A stretch of DNA of 64,000 nt from Gemmatimonadota bacterium (GTDB lineage Bacteria; Gemmatimonadota; Gemmatimonadetes; Gemmatimonadales; GWC2-71-9): the NCBI GenBank assembly GCA_027294455.1, contig JAPULZ010000079.1, positions 10-64,009 of the forward strand, written 5' to 3'. Below are positions 20,057 to 28,659 of this stretch, in pieces. The notes under the pieces were generated by a model. That model saw only the letters and a list, made by a program, of their open reading frames with translations, was not told the origin of the DNA and searched no databases. A program made the position numbers and the translations under genes. Within the stretch, counting starts at the first letter, position 1. Each line of letters starts with the position of its first letter.

Positions 20057-22420
20057 CTACTTGAGCCCAGCAACCCGCGAAGCAACGGCCTTGACACGTG
20101 AGCGCACGTGCGGCAGGTTGCGGCGGTACGAATAGTAGGAGTACTGCGGGTCCTTCCGATTCGTGACGGCGTTGAGGATGGCGCCGGCGATCCGCGCCCG
20201 CACCCGGCGCAGCTGTTCCAGCGCGCGCTGTGCCGCGATTTCTTCGGTGTCGCCACTTCGCACCACCAACATGGTCGCATCGGCGGTGATGGACACGACC
20301 GCTGCGTCGGTCACCGGCAACGCCGGCGGCGTGTCCATGATGATGTACTCGTAGTCATGCCGTAGTTCCATCACGAGGGCATCCATGGCCGACGACCCGA
20401 GAAGCTCGGACGGATTCGGCGGCGTCGATCCACTCGGGAGAAGATCGAGGGACGGCGCAACTTCCGGCCGAATGGCTTCGGCTGCGCTGACGGTGCCGAC
20501 CAGCACGTCGGTCAATCCCGGATCCTGCACCAGGCCAAAGGCGCGATGCACGGACGACCGGCGAAGATCGCCATCGACGAGAATCGTTCTGCGGCCGCTC
20601 TGCGCCAGCGTGAGGGCCAGGTTGACCGCCGTGGTCGTCTTGCCTTCGCGAGGTCCGGGGCTTGTCACGGCCACGAACTGCAGCGACTTCTCGGCTCCGA
20701 CGAATGTGACGTTGGTGCGAAGCGCCCGGTATGCCTCCACCGCCGGTTCGTCCGGATCCAGGTTCGCGATCGTAGCACCCGGCGCCAGGGCGCCGTTCGA
20801 CTTCGACGCAAGCTTGGGGTCCAGCGGGATGATGCCCAGCACCGGCACACCCAGGACCCGCTCGATGTCGGAGGGGGTCTTGACGGTCTGGTCGAGGTAT
20901 TCCAGGAAAAAGGCCGCGGCGAGGCCTAGCAACAGGCCGACGAGCACGCCGAGCAGCACCCGCTGCCGCACGCTCGTGCCCACGTCGAAGGCCGGTGAGG
21001 CGTCGTCGAGTACCTCGATGTACGGCGCGATGGTCGCTTCCTGCATGCGAGCGGCCTGGTACTGCCCGAGCAAGTAGCGCTGCGTCTGGTTCAAGATGTT
21101 GGACTCGAGGTTCAGTTGGCCGATGCGCGACTCCATGCTCGGAAACGCCGACAATATCTCGCGTTGTCTCTGAATCTCGCGCTGGATGGCGCCGATGCGA
21201 GATTCGACGCTGTTGATGGTGGCGTCCACGGCGCTGCGCAGGGCGCGGTGCCCTTGCCGGATCTGTTGATCCACCGCCGAGACCTGTGGGTTGGTCTCGT
21301 TGAATCCGAGGGCGCCCGCCGTCAGGCCGTTGCGCTGATCGTAGCGTTCCAGCAACCCGGTGATCTGAAAGCGGAGTGCGGCGTTGGCGCCGATACCCTC
21401 GATGGCCGCCAGCCGATTCAAGGTCTCGACACCGATCGAATCCGGCGATGCCATGGCGTCGCGGATCGTCGAGACCTGCACCATGGCAGAGTGCCGGTTC
21501 TCCTCCAGCTGCCGGATCGTTTGCATGACAGCGTTTTCTTGGATGCCGAGGTCGGTGATCTGCTGACCTTCCTTATATTCCTGTAGTTCGCGGAGGCTGG
21601 CCTGAAACTCCACCGTCGACTGTCGGAGCTGGTTCTCGATATAGGTTCGGCGAGCCGCCGCCGTCGCCATCGCGCGCCGAACGCCCATGGTGCGGAGCAG
21701 AAACGCTGCACGCTGCAGCACCACCGGCACGAGCGTCGGGTCGGTGCCCGTGTACCACATGTCGACCGCATTGGTCCCGTCGCGGACGCGGTACGAGAGC
21801 CCAGCCGACACCCGTCTCGCGGCGGCGGCCCGGGTCACGACGCGAATTCCCACCGACCGCCCCGGATCCTGAGGAAGGGCCGTGAAGGAGAACCCCGGGC
21901 CCGTGACCGGCTCCTCGAGGGTTCCCGTGCTGAGGATCGTACCGAAGGCGTCCATCAAGCGGTAGCGTTCAGTATCGACCTCCAACTGGTACTCGCCCGG
22001 CGGAGCGCTCCCGGAATCCACGAGGATCCCCGTCATCACCCGGCCCCGGAACACGGTCGGATCGTCGATGCCGATCTGGAGCTGCCTGCCGTCGACGACT
22101 TCCAGCGCGAGTCCCTGGGTCGTGAGCACCAGGGCCTCGGAGAGGATCGGATCGGTCTGGAGCGCCAGTTCATCGACGTCGATGTCATCGAGCCGGGCGA
22201 AGACCTGCTTCGGAGAGTGGATCTGGACGGTAAGCCGGGATCGGTATTGGGGCACGGCCTGCCGACCGGCATAATACGCCCCGCCGCCGACGAGGATCGC
22301 GAGCACGCTCACGATCACCCAATGGCGATTGATCACCGCGATCAGATCCCGAAGGTGGATCTCGCGGTGCATTGGCAGGGCGATATCGGGCGCGTTCGGA
22401 CCCGATTCCGGTCGATTCAC
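20057..22420 (-). CDS. Wzc/GumC-type polysaccharide co-polymerase with tyrosine autokinase
   Basis: Two TM segments flanking a coiled coil; EAYRALRTN, SPGPREGKTT, DGDLRR, IMDTPP; C-terminal QYSYYSY Tyr cluster. Confidence 0.92.
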   Translation of the reverse strand: MNRPESGPNAPDIALPMHREIHLRDLIAVINRHWVIVSVLAILVGGGAYYAGRQAVPQYRSRLTVQIHSPKQVFARLDDIDVDELALQTDPILSEALVLTTQGLALEVVDGRQLQIGIDDPTVFRGRVMTGILVDSGSAPPGEYQLEVDTERYRLMDAFGTILSTGTLEEPVTGPGFSFTALPQDPGRSVGIRVVTRAAAARRVSAGLSYRVRDGTNAVDMWYTGTDPTLVPVVLQRAAFLLRTMGVRRAMATAAARRTYIENQLRQSTVEFQASLRELQEYKEGQQITDLGIQENAVMQTIRQLEENRHSAMVQVSTIRDAMASPDSIGVETLNRLAAIEGIGANAALRFQITGLLERYDQRNGLTAGALGFNETNPQVSAVDQQIRQGHRALRSAVDATINSVESRIGAIQREIQRQREILSAFPSMESRIGQLNLESNILNQTQRYLLGQYQAARMQEATIAPYIEVLDDASPAFDVGTSVRQRVLLGVLVGLLLGLAAAFFLEYLDQTVKTPSDIERVLGVPVLGIIPLDPKLASKSNGALAPGATIANLDPDEPAVEAYRALRTNVTFVGAEKSLQFVAVTSPGPREGKTTTAVNLALTLAQSGRRTILVDGDLRRSSVHRAFGLVQDPGLTDVLVGTVSAAEAIRPEVAPSLDLLPSGSTPPNPSELLGSSAMDALVMELRHDYEYIIMDTPPALPVTDAAVVSITADATMLVVRSGDTEEIAAQRALEQLRRVRARIAGAILNAVTNRKDPQYSYYSYRRNLPHVRSRVKAVASRVAGLK

Positions 22421-22529
22421 TGGGTTGGTGACCTTTCTCCAAGTCCTCTGGAGGGCGATTCTGTAGCGGCATTTCCAGCCTGCGGGTCACTCGCCAGAGG
22501 TCGGGAAACGGCCTTTCGCCCTTGAAAAG

Positions 22530-22544
22530 GCAACAAATATGCCT
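22530..22544 (-). promoter_or_regulatory. Candidate sigma54 (-24/-12) promoter of the wzc-like gene
   Basis: Minus strand AGGCAT-ATTTG-TTGC with exact GG-N10-GC spacing, ~110 nt upstream of the start. Confidence 0.5.
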
Positions 22545-22727
22545 CTTACAGGGTGCCGGGTCTGTGACGGATTCCCCGGCCAGCCGGGTCAGGCGGTTTG
22601 GGACTGCAGGCTTGGAACAGGACCGGAAATCGGTTTTGGGTCGCGGAGCAGATCGCCTGACTCCTGTGATTGAAAGCGCCTTCGGCCTCTGGTCGGACAC
22701 AACATAGTAATTGCCTGGGTGTTGCAC

Positions 22728-22749
22728 AAGTCATTATGATTTATGACTT
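22728..22749. promoter_or_regulatory. AT-rich inverted repeat, candidate operator
   Basis: AAGTCAT-N8-ATGACTT in the divergent wzc/glxK intergenic region. Confidence 0.45.
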
Positions 22750-22765
22750 TACGTAGATTTTCACC

Positions 22766-23872
22766 ATGTACTGGACCCGGTTGGGGATGGATCGGATGAC
22801 CGACAGACCCCGGGTGCTGATCGTGGCAGGGGCCTTCAAGGAGAGCTTCGGAGCTCCAGAAGTAGCGGGGATCTGCCGGGAAGCGCTGGCCGCCGCGGGG
22901 GCGAGCACCATCGTGATACTGGCCAGTGATGGGGGGGATGGCCTCCTGGATGCTCTCGGGGCCCATGTAATTCGCACGACTACCCACGAAGTGCAGGGCC
23001 CTTTGGGGAATCCGGTCCGTCCGGCTGTGGGCTGGCTGAACGATCGGACGGCGGTCATCGAATCCCGCATGGTGTGTGGTCTCCGGCTCGTTCCGCCGGC
23101 CAGACGGGACCCGGAAAGGACCTCCACCGAGGGATTGGGTGAGCTGCTGGCCTTCGTAGCGGATGCGGGGGCCCACCGGGCCTACGTGGGCCTCGGTGGC
23201 AGTGCCACGATGGACGGTGGGCTGGGTATGGCGCGGGCCTGGGGGTGGACTCCCCGGGACAATGCGGGCGGTGTGCTGGGACCGGGTGGCGGCGCCCTCC
23301 GGCATCTCTCGGCGCTGGAACCCGGAACCCCGCCCCGCCTCGAGGTGACCGGCCTGGTGGACGTTCGTAACCGGCTGAGCGGTCCCGACGGAGCCCGGGT
23401 TTACGCCTCTCAGAAGGGGGCATCGGCGAAGGCGGCCGACCGGCTCGATCAGGGGCTCGAGCGTCTGGTCCAGATCCTGGGGGAGCGTGGGCTCGAGTGG
23501 GCGGCGCGGGAGGGGGCCGGCGCGGCCGGCGGGCTCGGGTTCGGCGTGCTGGCCTTCGCCGGCGGGCGGCTGGAGCCGGGCGCCCCCTGGTTGCTCGACC
23601 GGGCGGGGTTCGACCGTTTTCTCGGGCGGGTCGACGGCGTCATCACCGGCGAGGGCGGTTTCGACGCAACGTCCCTGGCCGGCAAGCTCACGGGCGAGGT
23701 CATCCGGCGGGCCCGTGAGGCCGGCAAGCCGGTAGGGTTGCTCGCTCCCACCGCCACCGACGTGCCAGACGGCGTGATGGTGGAGCGCGGCGGCGGGATG
23801 TGGGATGCGGCCGAGCTGGGGAGGCGTGCTGCAATGCTGGCTCGGCGCCTGATTCGCTTGCCGCCCGGATAG
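22766..23872 (+). CDS. glxK: Glycerate kinase (class I)
   Basis: FKES, DGGDG, GLGGSATMDGG, GAGAAGGLG, ITGEGGFD, GKL; start could be 22787 or 22796. Confidence 0.9.
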   Translation: MYWTRLGMDRMTDRPRVLIVAGAFKESFGAPEVAGICREALAAAGASTIVILASDGGDGLLDALGAHVIRTTTHEVQGPLGNPVRPAVGWLNDRTAVIESRMVCGLRLVPPARRDPERTSTEGLGELLAFVADAGAHRAYVGLGGSATMDGGLGMARAWGWTPRDNAGGVLGPGGGALRHLSALEPGTPPRLEVTGLVDVRNRLSGPDGARVYASQKGASAKAADRLDQGLERLVQILGERGLEWAAREGAGAAGGLGFGVLAFAGGRLEPGAPWLLDRAGFDRFLGRVDGVITGEGGFDATSLAGKLTGEVIRRAREAGKPVGLLAPTATDVPDGVMVERGGGMWDAAELGRRAAMLARRLIRLPPG

Positions 23873-23886
23873 CCCCCGTCTATCTT
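23858..23886 (+). promoter_or_regulatory. Sigma70-type promoter of glyQS
   Basis: TTGCCG-N17-TATCTT. Confidence 0.55.
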
Positions 23887-23936
23887 GCTGCTGCTTTTTT
23901 CGTTTCGGGATCCCGGATCCCGCCACTCGCAACTCG

Positions 23937-25268
23937 GTGGTTCCTCAGTCCATGGACAAGCTCGTGTCGCTCGCCAAACGGCGAGGTTTCGTGTTCCAAT
24001 CGTCGGAGATCTACGGCGGACTCGGTTCGGTGTGGGATTACGGGCCGCTCGGCGTGGAGCTCAAGAAGAATCTCACCGAGCGGTGGTGGCGGTCGATGGT
24101 CCGCGAGCGGGACGATATCGAAGGGATCGAGTCGGCGATCCTGATGCATCCACGGGTGTGGGAAGCCTCGCAACACGTATCGCAGTTCACTGATCCGCTG
24201 GTGGACTGCCGGCAGTGCAAGAATCGATTCCGCGCCGACGACGAGCGCATCAAGGGTACGCCCGGTGAAGCAACCGGCCAGTGCCCCGTGTGTGGCAACA
24301 AGGGCACGTTGACCGAGCCGCGCATGTTCAACCTCATGTTCAAGACGTTCATGGGTCCCGTGGAAGACGAGGCGGCGCAGATCTTTCTGCGGCCGGAAAC
24401 CGCTCAAGGCACGTACGTGAATTTTCTGAACGTCATGCAGGCGGCGCGCCAGAAGATGCCGTTCGGCATCGCGCAGATCGGCAAGGCATTCCGCAACGAG
24501 ATCACCCCGGGCAATTTCATCTTTCGGACCCGCGAGTTCGAGCAGATGGAGATGCAGTTTTTCGTCAAGCCGGGTGACGACGAAGAGTGGTTCGAGTACT
24601 GGCACGAACGCCGGATGCAGTGGCACAAGGACCTCGGCATCAATCCGGACAAGCTCCGATATCATGCCCACGGGCCCGATGAGCTGGCTCACTATGCCAA
24701 GCGGGCCGAGGACATCCAGTACGAGTTTCCGTTCGGGTGGCAGGAATACGAAGGAATACACAATCGCACCGACTTCGACCTCTCGCGCCATCAGGAGTAT
24801 TCCGGCAAGAAATTACAGGTCGCCGATCCGGGTTCCAGCGAGCGGTACGTGCCTTACGTGGTCGAGACCGCTCTGGGAGTGGGCAGGTTGTTCCTCGTGG
24901 TACTGGCGGATGCCTATCGCGAGGAAGAGGTCGAAGGTCAGGTGCGCGTGGTCCTCGGGTTGCATCCGTCCATCGCGCCCATCAAGGCGGGCGTCTTTCC
25001 CTTGGTGAAGAAGGACGGCATGCCCGAACTGGCCAGAACGATCCACGCGGATCTGAAGACTCGGTTCCCGGTATTCTATGACGACGGGGGATCGATTGGT
25101 CGGCGGTATCGCCGGCAGGACGAGGCCGGAACACCCTTTGGGGTGACGATCGATGGCGAGACCGTCGCGGAGCACACCGTGACCGTGCGCCATCGGGATA
25201 CGCTGCAGCAAGATCGGATTGCGATGGACCAACTCGCCACTTATCTGACCGAGCGCATCGCCGGATGA
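23937..25268 (+). CDS. glyQS: Glycine--tRNA ligase, homodimeric alpha2 type
   Basis: SSEIYGG, WDYGPLG, FNLMFKT, LRPETAQG, FRNEI, FRTREFEQME, IGRRYRRQDE. Confidence 0.97.
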   Translation: MVPQSMDKLVSLAKRRGFVFQSSEIYGGLGSVWDYGPLGVELKKNLTERWWRSMVRERDDIEGIESAILMHPRVWEASQHVSQFTDPLVDCRQCKNRFRADDERIKGTPGEATGQCPVCGNKGTLTEPRMFNLMFKTFMGPVEDEAAQIFLRPETAQGTYVNFLNVMQAARQKMPFGIAQIGKAFRNEITPGNFIFRTREFEQMEMQFFVKPGDDEEWFEYWHERRMQWHKDLGINPDKLRYHAHGPDELAHYAKRAEDIQYEFPFGWQEYEGIHNRTDFDLSRHQEYSGKKLQVADPGSSERYVPYVVETALGVGRLFLVVLADAYREEEVEGQVRVVLGLHPSIAPIKAGVFPLVKKDGMPELARTIHADLKTRFPVFYDDGGSIGRRYRRQDEAGTPFGVTIDGETVAEHTVTVRHRDTLQQDRIAMDQLATYLTERIAG

Positions 25269-25296
25269 GTGAGGTACTGAATCCAAGGGGGATAGT

Positions 25297-26841
25297 GTGA
25301 CCGGCAACCACGAGACGTTCTCTTCCCGGTGGGTCATGATCCTCGCCATGCTAGGCATGGCGGTCGGTACGGGCAACATCTGGCGGTTCCCGCGCATTGC
25401 CGCGCAGAACGGTGGCGGGGAATTCCTCATTGCGTGGGTCGTGTTCTTGTTCATGTGGTCGATTCCCTTGATCCTGGTCGAATTCGGAATGGGTCGGAAA
25501 ACTCGGTCGGGCCCGGTCAGCGCGTTCATGCAGATGATGGGTCCGAAGTGGGCGTGGATGGGCGCCTTCGTTGCGTTCGTTGCCGTGGCCATCATGTTCT
25601 ACTACTCGGTGGTGGCCGGATGGACCCTCCGGTACGTCTTCGCCTCCGCGACGGGCCAGGTTCCGGGTGCGTCGCCGGGCGAGTTCTGGAATTCCTACAT
25701 TGCATCGCCCTGGCCGGTGGTCACGCACGGCCTCGCCATGGGGCTCGGTGTGCTCGTCGTGTCTCGGGGCGTCAGGGCCATCGGGAACGTCGCCAAGGTG
25801 TTGATGCCGTCCCTGCTGGTCCTGATCGTGGTGCTCGCCATCCGTGCCGTGACCTTGCCGGGCGCGTCCGACGGACTGGCCTACCTCTTCAGCGTCGATT
25901 GGGCCGCGCTCGGCAACCCGCGCTTGTGGGTCGAGGCCCTCACGCAGAACGCGTGGGATACCGGGGCCGGTTGGGGGTTGGTGCTGTGTTACGCGGCGTA
26001 CCTGCGGGAACGGGAAGACACCGCCCTCAACGCGTTCATCCTGCCGGTGGCCAACAACACGATTTCGTTGTTGGCCGGTATCATGGTGATGTGTACCGTG
26101 TTCTCCGTGGTGCCCCAGCTGATTTCCAGCTTTGCCACGAACCCGGATGCCCTGGCCGCATATCCCGCACTCCATGCGGCCGTCGAGGCGGGAGAGCAGC
26201 TCTCTCCCGAACTGATGCAGAGCACGATCTTCGGGGCCGGGAACGAGGGATTGACCTTCATCTGGATGCCGCAGCTCTTTGCGACGCTTCCGCTGGGGCG
26301 CATCCTGATGGTGCTGTTCTTCGTCGCGTTGGCCTTCGCGGCGTTCACGAGCCTCATGGCCATGATCGAGTTGGGCACGCGGGTGCTGGTCGATGCCGGT
26401 GTGGATCGCGCGAAGGCCGTTCGCATCGTGGGCGGGGCCGGTTTCCTGCTCGGGTTGCCGTCGGCGTTGTTCAATCGCTTCCTGCAGAACCAGGACTGGG
26501 TGTGGGCGGTGGCGTTGATGGTGTCGGGACTCTTCTTCGCGATCGCCGTCATCACCTCAGGCGTCCGGCGGTTCCGTGAAGAGCAGCTCAACCACGAAGA
26601 CTCGGACATCCGGGTGGGGCGTTGGTGGGATGTCGTCGTGTCCGTGCTCATTCCACTGCAGGCCGTCGTCTTGATGGTTTGGCTCCTGGTCGATTCAGCG
26701 AAAGCGTCGGACGACTGGTTGGATCCGATCAGCACGTACAACGTGGGCACGGTGCTGGTGCAGTTCGCCGTCGTATTTGCGGCCTTGCTCGCGCTGAACC
26801 GATGGATTGCTTCTCGCACGGCTTCCAGCGAGCTTCCGTAG
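25297..26841 (+). CDS. Sodium-dependent transporter, NSS/SNF (LeuT) family
   Basis: GMAVGTGNIWRFP, NGGG.F, EFGMG, GLTFIWMP; about 11-12 TM segments. Confidence 0.93.
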   Translation: MTGNHETFSSRWVMILAMLGMAVGTGNIWRFPRIAAQNGGGEFLIAWVVFLFMWSIPLILVEFGMGRKTRSGPVSAFMQMMGPKWAWMGAFVAFVAVAIMFYYSVVAGWTLRYVFASATGQVPGASPGEFWNSYIASPWPVVTHGLAMGLGVLVVSRGVRAIGNVAKVLMPSLLVLIVVLAIRAVTLPGASDGLAYLFSVDWAALGNPRLWVEALTQNAWDTGAGWGLVLCYAAYLREREDTALNAFILPVANNTISLLAGIMVMCTVFSVVPQLISSFATNPDALAAYPALHAAVEAGEQLSPELMQSTIFGAGNEGLTFIWMPQLFATLPLGRILMVLFFVALAFAAFTSLMAMIELGTRVLVDAGVDRAKAVRIVGGAGFLLGLPSALFNRFLQNQDWVWAVALMVSGLFFAIAVITSGVRRFREEQLNHEDSDIRVGRWWDVVVSVLIPLQAVVLMVWLLVDSAKASDDWLDPISTYNVGTVLVQFAVVFAALLALNRWIASRTASSELP

Positions 26842-27113
26842 TGGTTCACGAAATGCTGACTACGCTCTCGGGGGACGAGGTGATTGCCCGGGCCAAGGTA
26901 TTCTTTGCTGAGCGCAATCCGCTCAGCAGCGCGTTTCTCGAGCATGAAGGTCCCACGCACGCGACGTTTCGCGGCCAGGGCGGTGAAGAAATCGCCATGG
27001 CCGTCGTCGCGGCTGACGGGGCCACGCGGGTTCGTGCGTCCACGTTGCTCTTGGATCAGGCGATCGGCCGGTTCTTCTCCACGCTGCCCTGCGCCGACGG
27101 GGTCTTGTCATGA
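26841..27113 (+). CDS. Hypothetical protein (90 aa)
   Basis: GTG overlaps transporter stop; stop overlaps next ATG (ATGA); globular-looking AKVFFAER...FRGQGGEEI...DQAIGRFFSTL. Confidence 0.7.
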   Translation: MVHEMLTTLSGDEVIARAKVFFAERNPLSSAFLEHEGPTHATFRGQGGEEIAMAVVAADGATRVRASTLLLDQAIGRFFSTLPCADGVLS

Positions 27114-27385
27114 CGACGCGCGCCGGTGCCCGGATGACGGTCCGGGTCTGGAACACCGAGGTCTGGGACGTCGTCGATGTTCCGGCCACGCCCGACAGCA
27201 CGTTCGCCGACGTGAAAGCCTCCTGTTTGACGGAGGCGTTGGGGCGGCCGGTGGACCCCGCCGGCTACGAGCTCAAATACCGCGGAGCGCTCGTGCTAGA
27301 CGAAACGCAAACCCTCGCGGCGCTCGACGTGCCCGACGGTGCCCCGATGGTCGTGGAGCCGGCACGACGCCGACCGGTGCGATAG
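27110..27385 (+). CDS. Ubiquitin-like beta-grasp protein (YukD/EsaB-like)
   Basis: V.ATPDSTFADVK...YELKYRGALVLDETQTLAALDVPDGAPMVV parallels ubiquitin V.PSDTIENVK...[27 protein letters not shown]. Confidence 0.72.
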   Translation: MTTRAGARMTVRVWNTEVWDVVDVPATPDSTFADVKASCLTEALGRPVDPAGYELKYRGALVLDETQTLAALDVPDGAPMVVEPARRRPVR

Positions 27386-27448
27386 GACAGTACCATTTCC
27401 GATCACGATCCCTCCAACAGAGATTGGATCGCCGAAACGCAGGCCAGT

Positions 27449-27712
27449 GTGGCCCGGCGCCGGCGGCCTGGCCGGGTGGTGACCATCCTCGCGGTGGGTT
27501 TCTTGGCGCTCGATGGTGTCCTCCTCATCATGGCCGGATTGTGGTCGGGGCGATCGGGATTGTTGTTGTGGGGGTTGGGCTTCGCGCTGGGCGCGGTTGC
27601 CGTCTGGTTCTATTGGCGGCGTTACCTTCGTGGTCTTCGGGAACTACACGAGGGCCTCGAGGCGCGTTTCCGGGAGCTCCAGGAGTTGATGGGGGATTCC
27701 CCTAAGGAATAA
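27449..27712 (+). CDS. Small two-TM membrane protein with C-terminal helix
   Basis: Basic N-terminus, two hydrophobic segments, YWRRY stop-transfer. Confidence 0.7.
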   Translation: MARRRRPGRVVTILAVGFLALDGVLLIMAGLWSGRSGLLLWGLGFALGAVAVWFYWRRYLRGLRELHEGLEARFRELQELMGDSPKE

Positions 27713-27744
27713 GCCCAGCGTCCGACCCCAGCATCTGGATTGTC

Positions 27745-28647
27745 ATGTCCGTACACGTCATTTGGCACCCGTCCTCGCTGCGACACGACCCCGGTCGCGG
27801 TCATCCGGAGTCGCCGGCCAGGATCCAGGCGATTCTCGACGAGCTCCGGGGATCCCAGTACGGCGACATCGTCGAGTGGTCAGAAGCTCCTGCGGCAACC
27901 CCGGAACAGCTCCAGCGCGTGCATCCGCCGGATTATCTCGAGCGCCTCGAAGCCATGGCCGGGCGTGGGGGTGGCATGGTGGACGGGGACACGTTCTTGA
28001 GCGCCGACAGCTATGAAGCGGCGGTGCGGGCGGCCGGGGCGGCCGCGATGATGGTGAGGCACGCCCTCGCCGGCCAGCCCGCCTTTGCCGCGGTGCGGCC
28101 GCCCGGCCATCACGCCACGGCAGAGGTGGCCATGGGCTTCTGCCTCATCAACAACGTGGTGGTGGCGGCCCGCTCGGCGCTGGTCGATCACGGGTTGGAG
28201 CGGGTTCTCATCATCGATTGGGACGTGCACCACGGCAACGGGACGCAGGCCCTCGTGCAAGACGACCCCAGGATTCGGTTCATCTCCTTGCACCAGCATC
28301 CGCTGTATCCGGGGACCGGGAGGCCTGAGGAGCGAGGCGTGGGCAACGTGTTCAACGTTCCCCGGCCTCCCGGTCTCCCGCGGGCGACCTATCTCGCGGA
28401 TCTCAACACGGCGGTGGACGAGGCGACGAGCGGCTGGGAACCGGAACTGGTCCTGGTCTCCGCGGGATTCGATGCGATGGCCGGCGATCCCCTGGCGGGA
28501 TTCACCCTGGAGCCCCTCGACTACGCGACCTGGATTCACGATTGGAAGCGGTTGGGGACACCCCTGGGTGCGGTGCTGGAGGGCGGCTACGTGCCGGAGC
28601 GCATCCGCTTGGCGGCAGGCGAGATGGTTCGCGCGTTGGCCGCGTAG
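27745..28647 (+). CDS. Histone deacetylase family zinc deacylase (HDAC/APAH/AcuC-like)
   Basis: HPESPAR, RPPGHHA, GFC, DWDVHHGNG, SAGFD, DPL, LEGGY. Confidence 0.95.
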   Translation: MSVHVIWHPSSLRHDPGRGHPESPARIQAILDELRGSQYGDIVEWSEAPAATPEQLQRVHPPDYLERLEAMAGRGGGMVDGDTFLSADSYEAAVRAAGAAAMMVRHALAGQPAFAAVRPPGHHATAEVAMGFCLINNVVVAARSALVDHGLERVLIIDWDVHHGNGTQALVQDDPRIRFISLHQHPLYPGTGRPEERGVGNVFNVPRPPGLPRATYLADLNTAVDEATSGWEPELVLVSAGFDAMAGDPLAGFTLEPLDYATWIHDWKRLGTPLGAVLEGGYVPERIRLAAGEMVRALAA

Positions 28648-28659
28648 GCCGGGGACCCG

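Noticed and set aside
22421-22765. ops/JUMPstart element upstream of wzc
   Set aside because: No GGCGGTAG on the coding strand.
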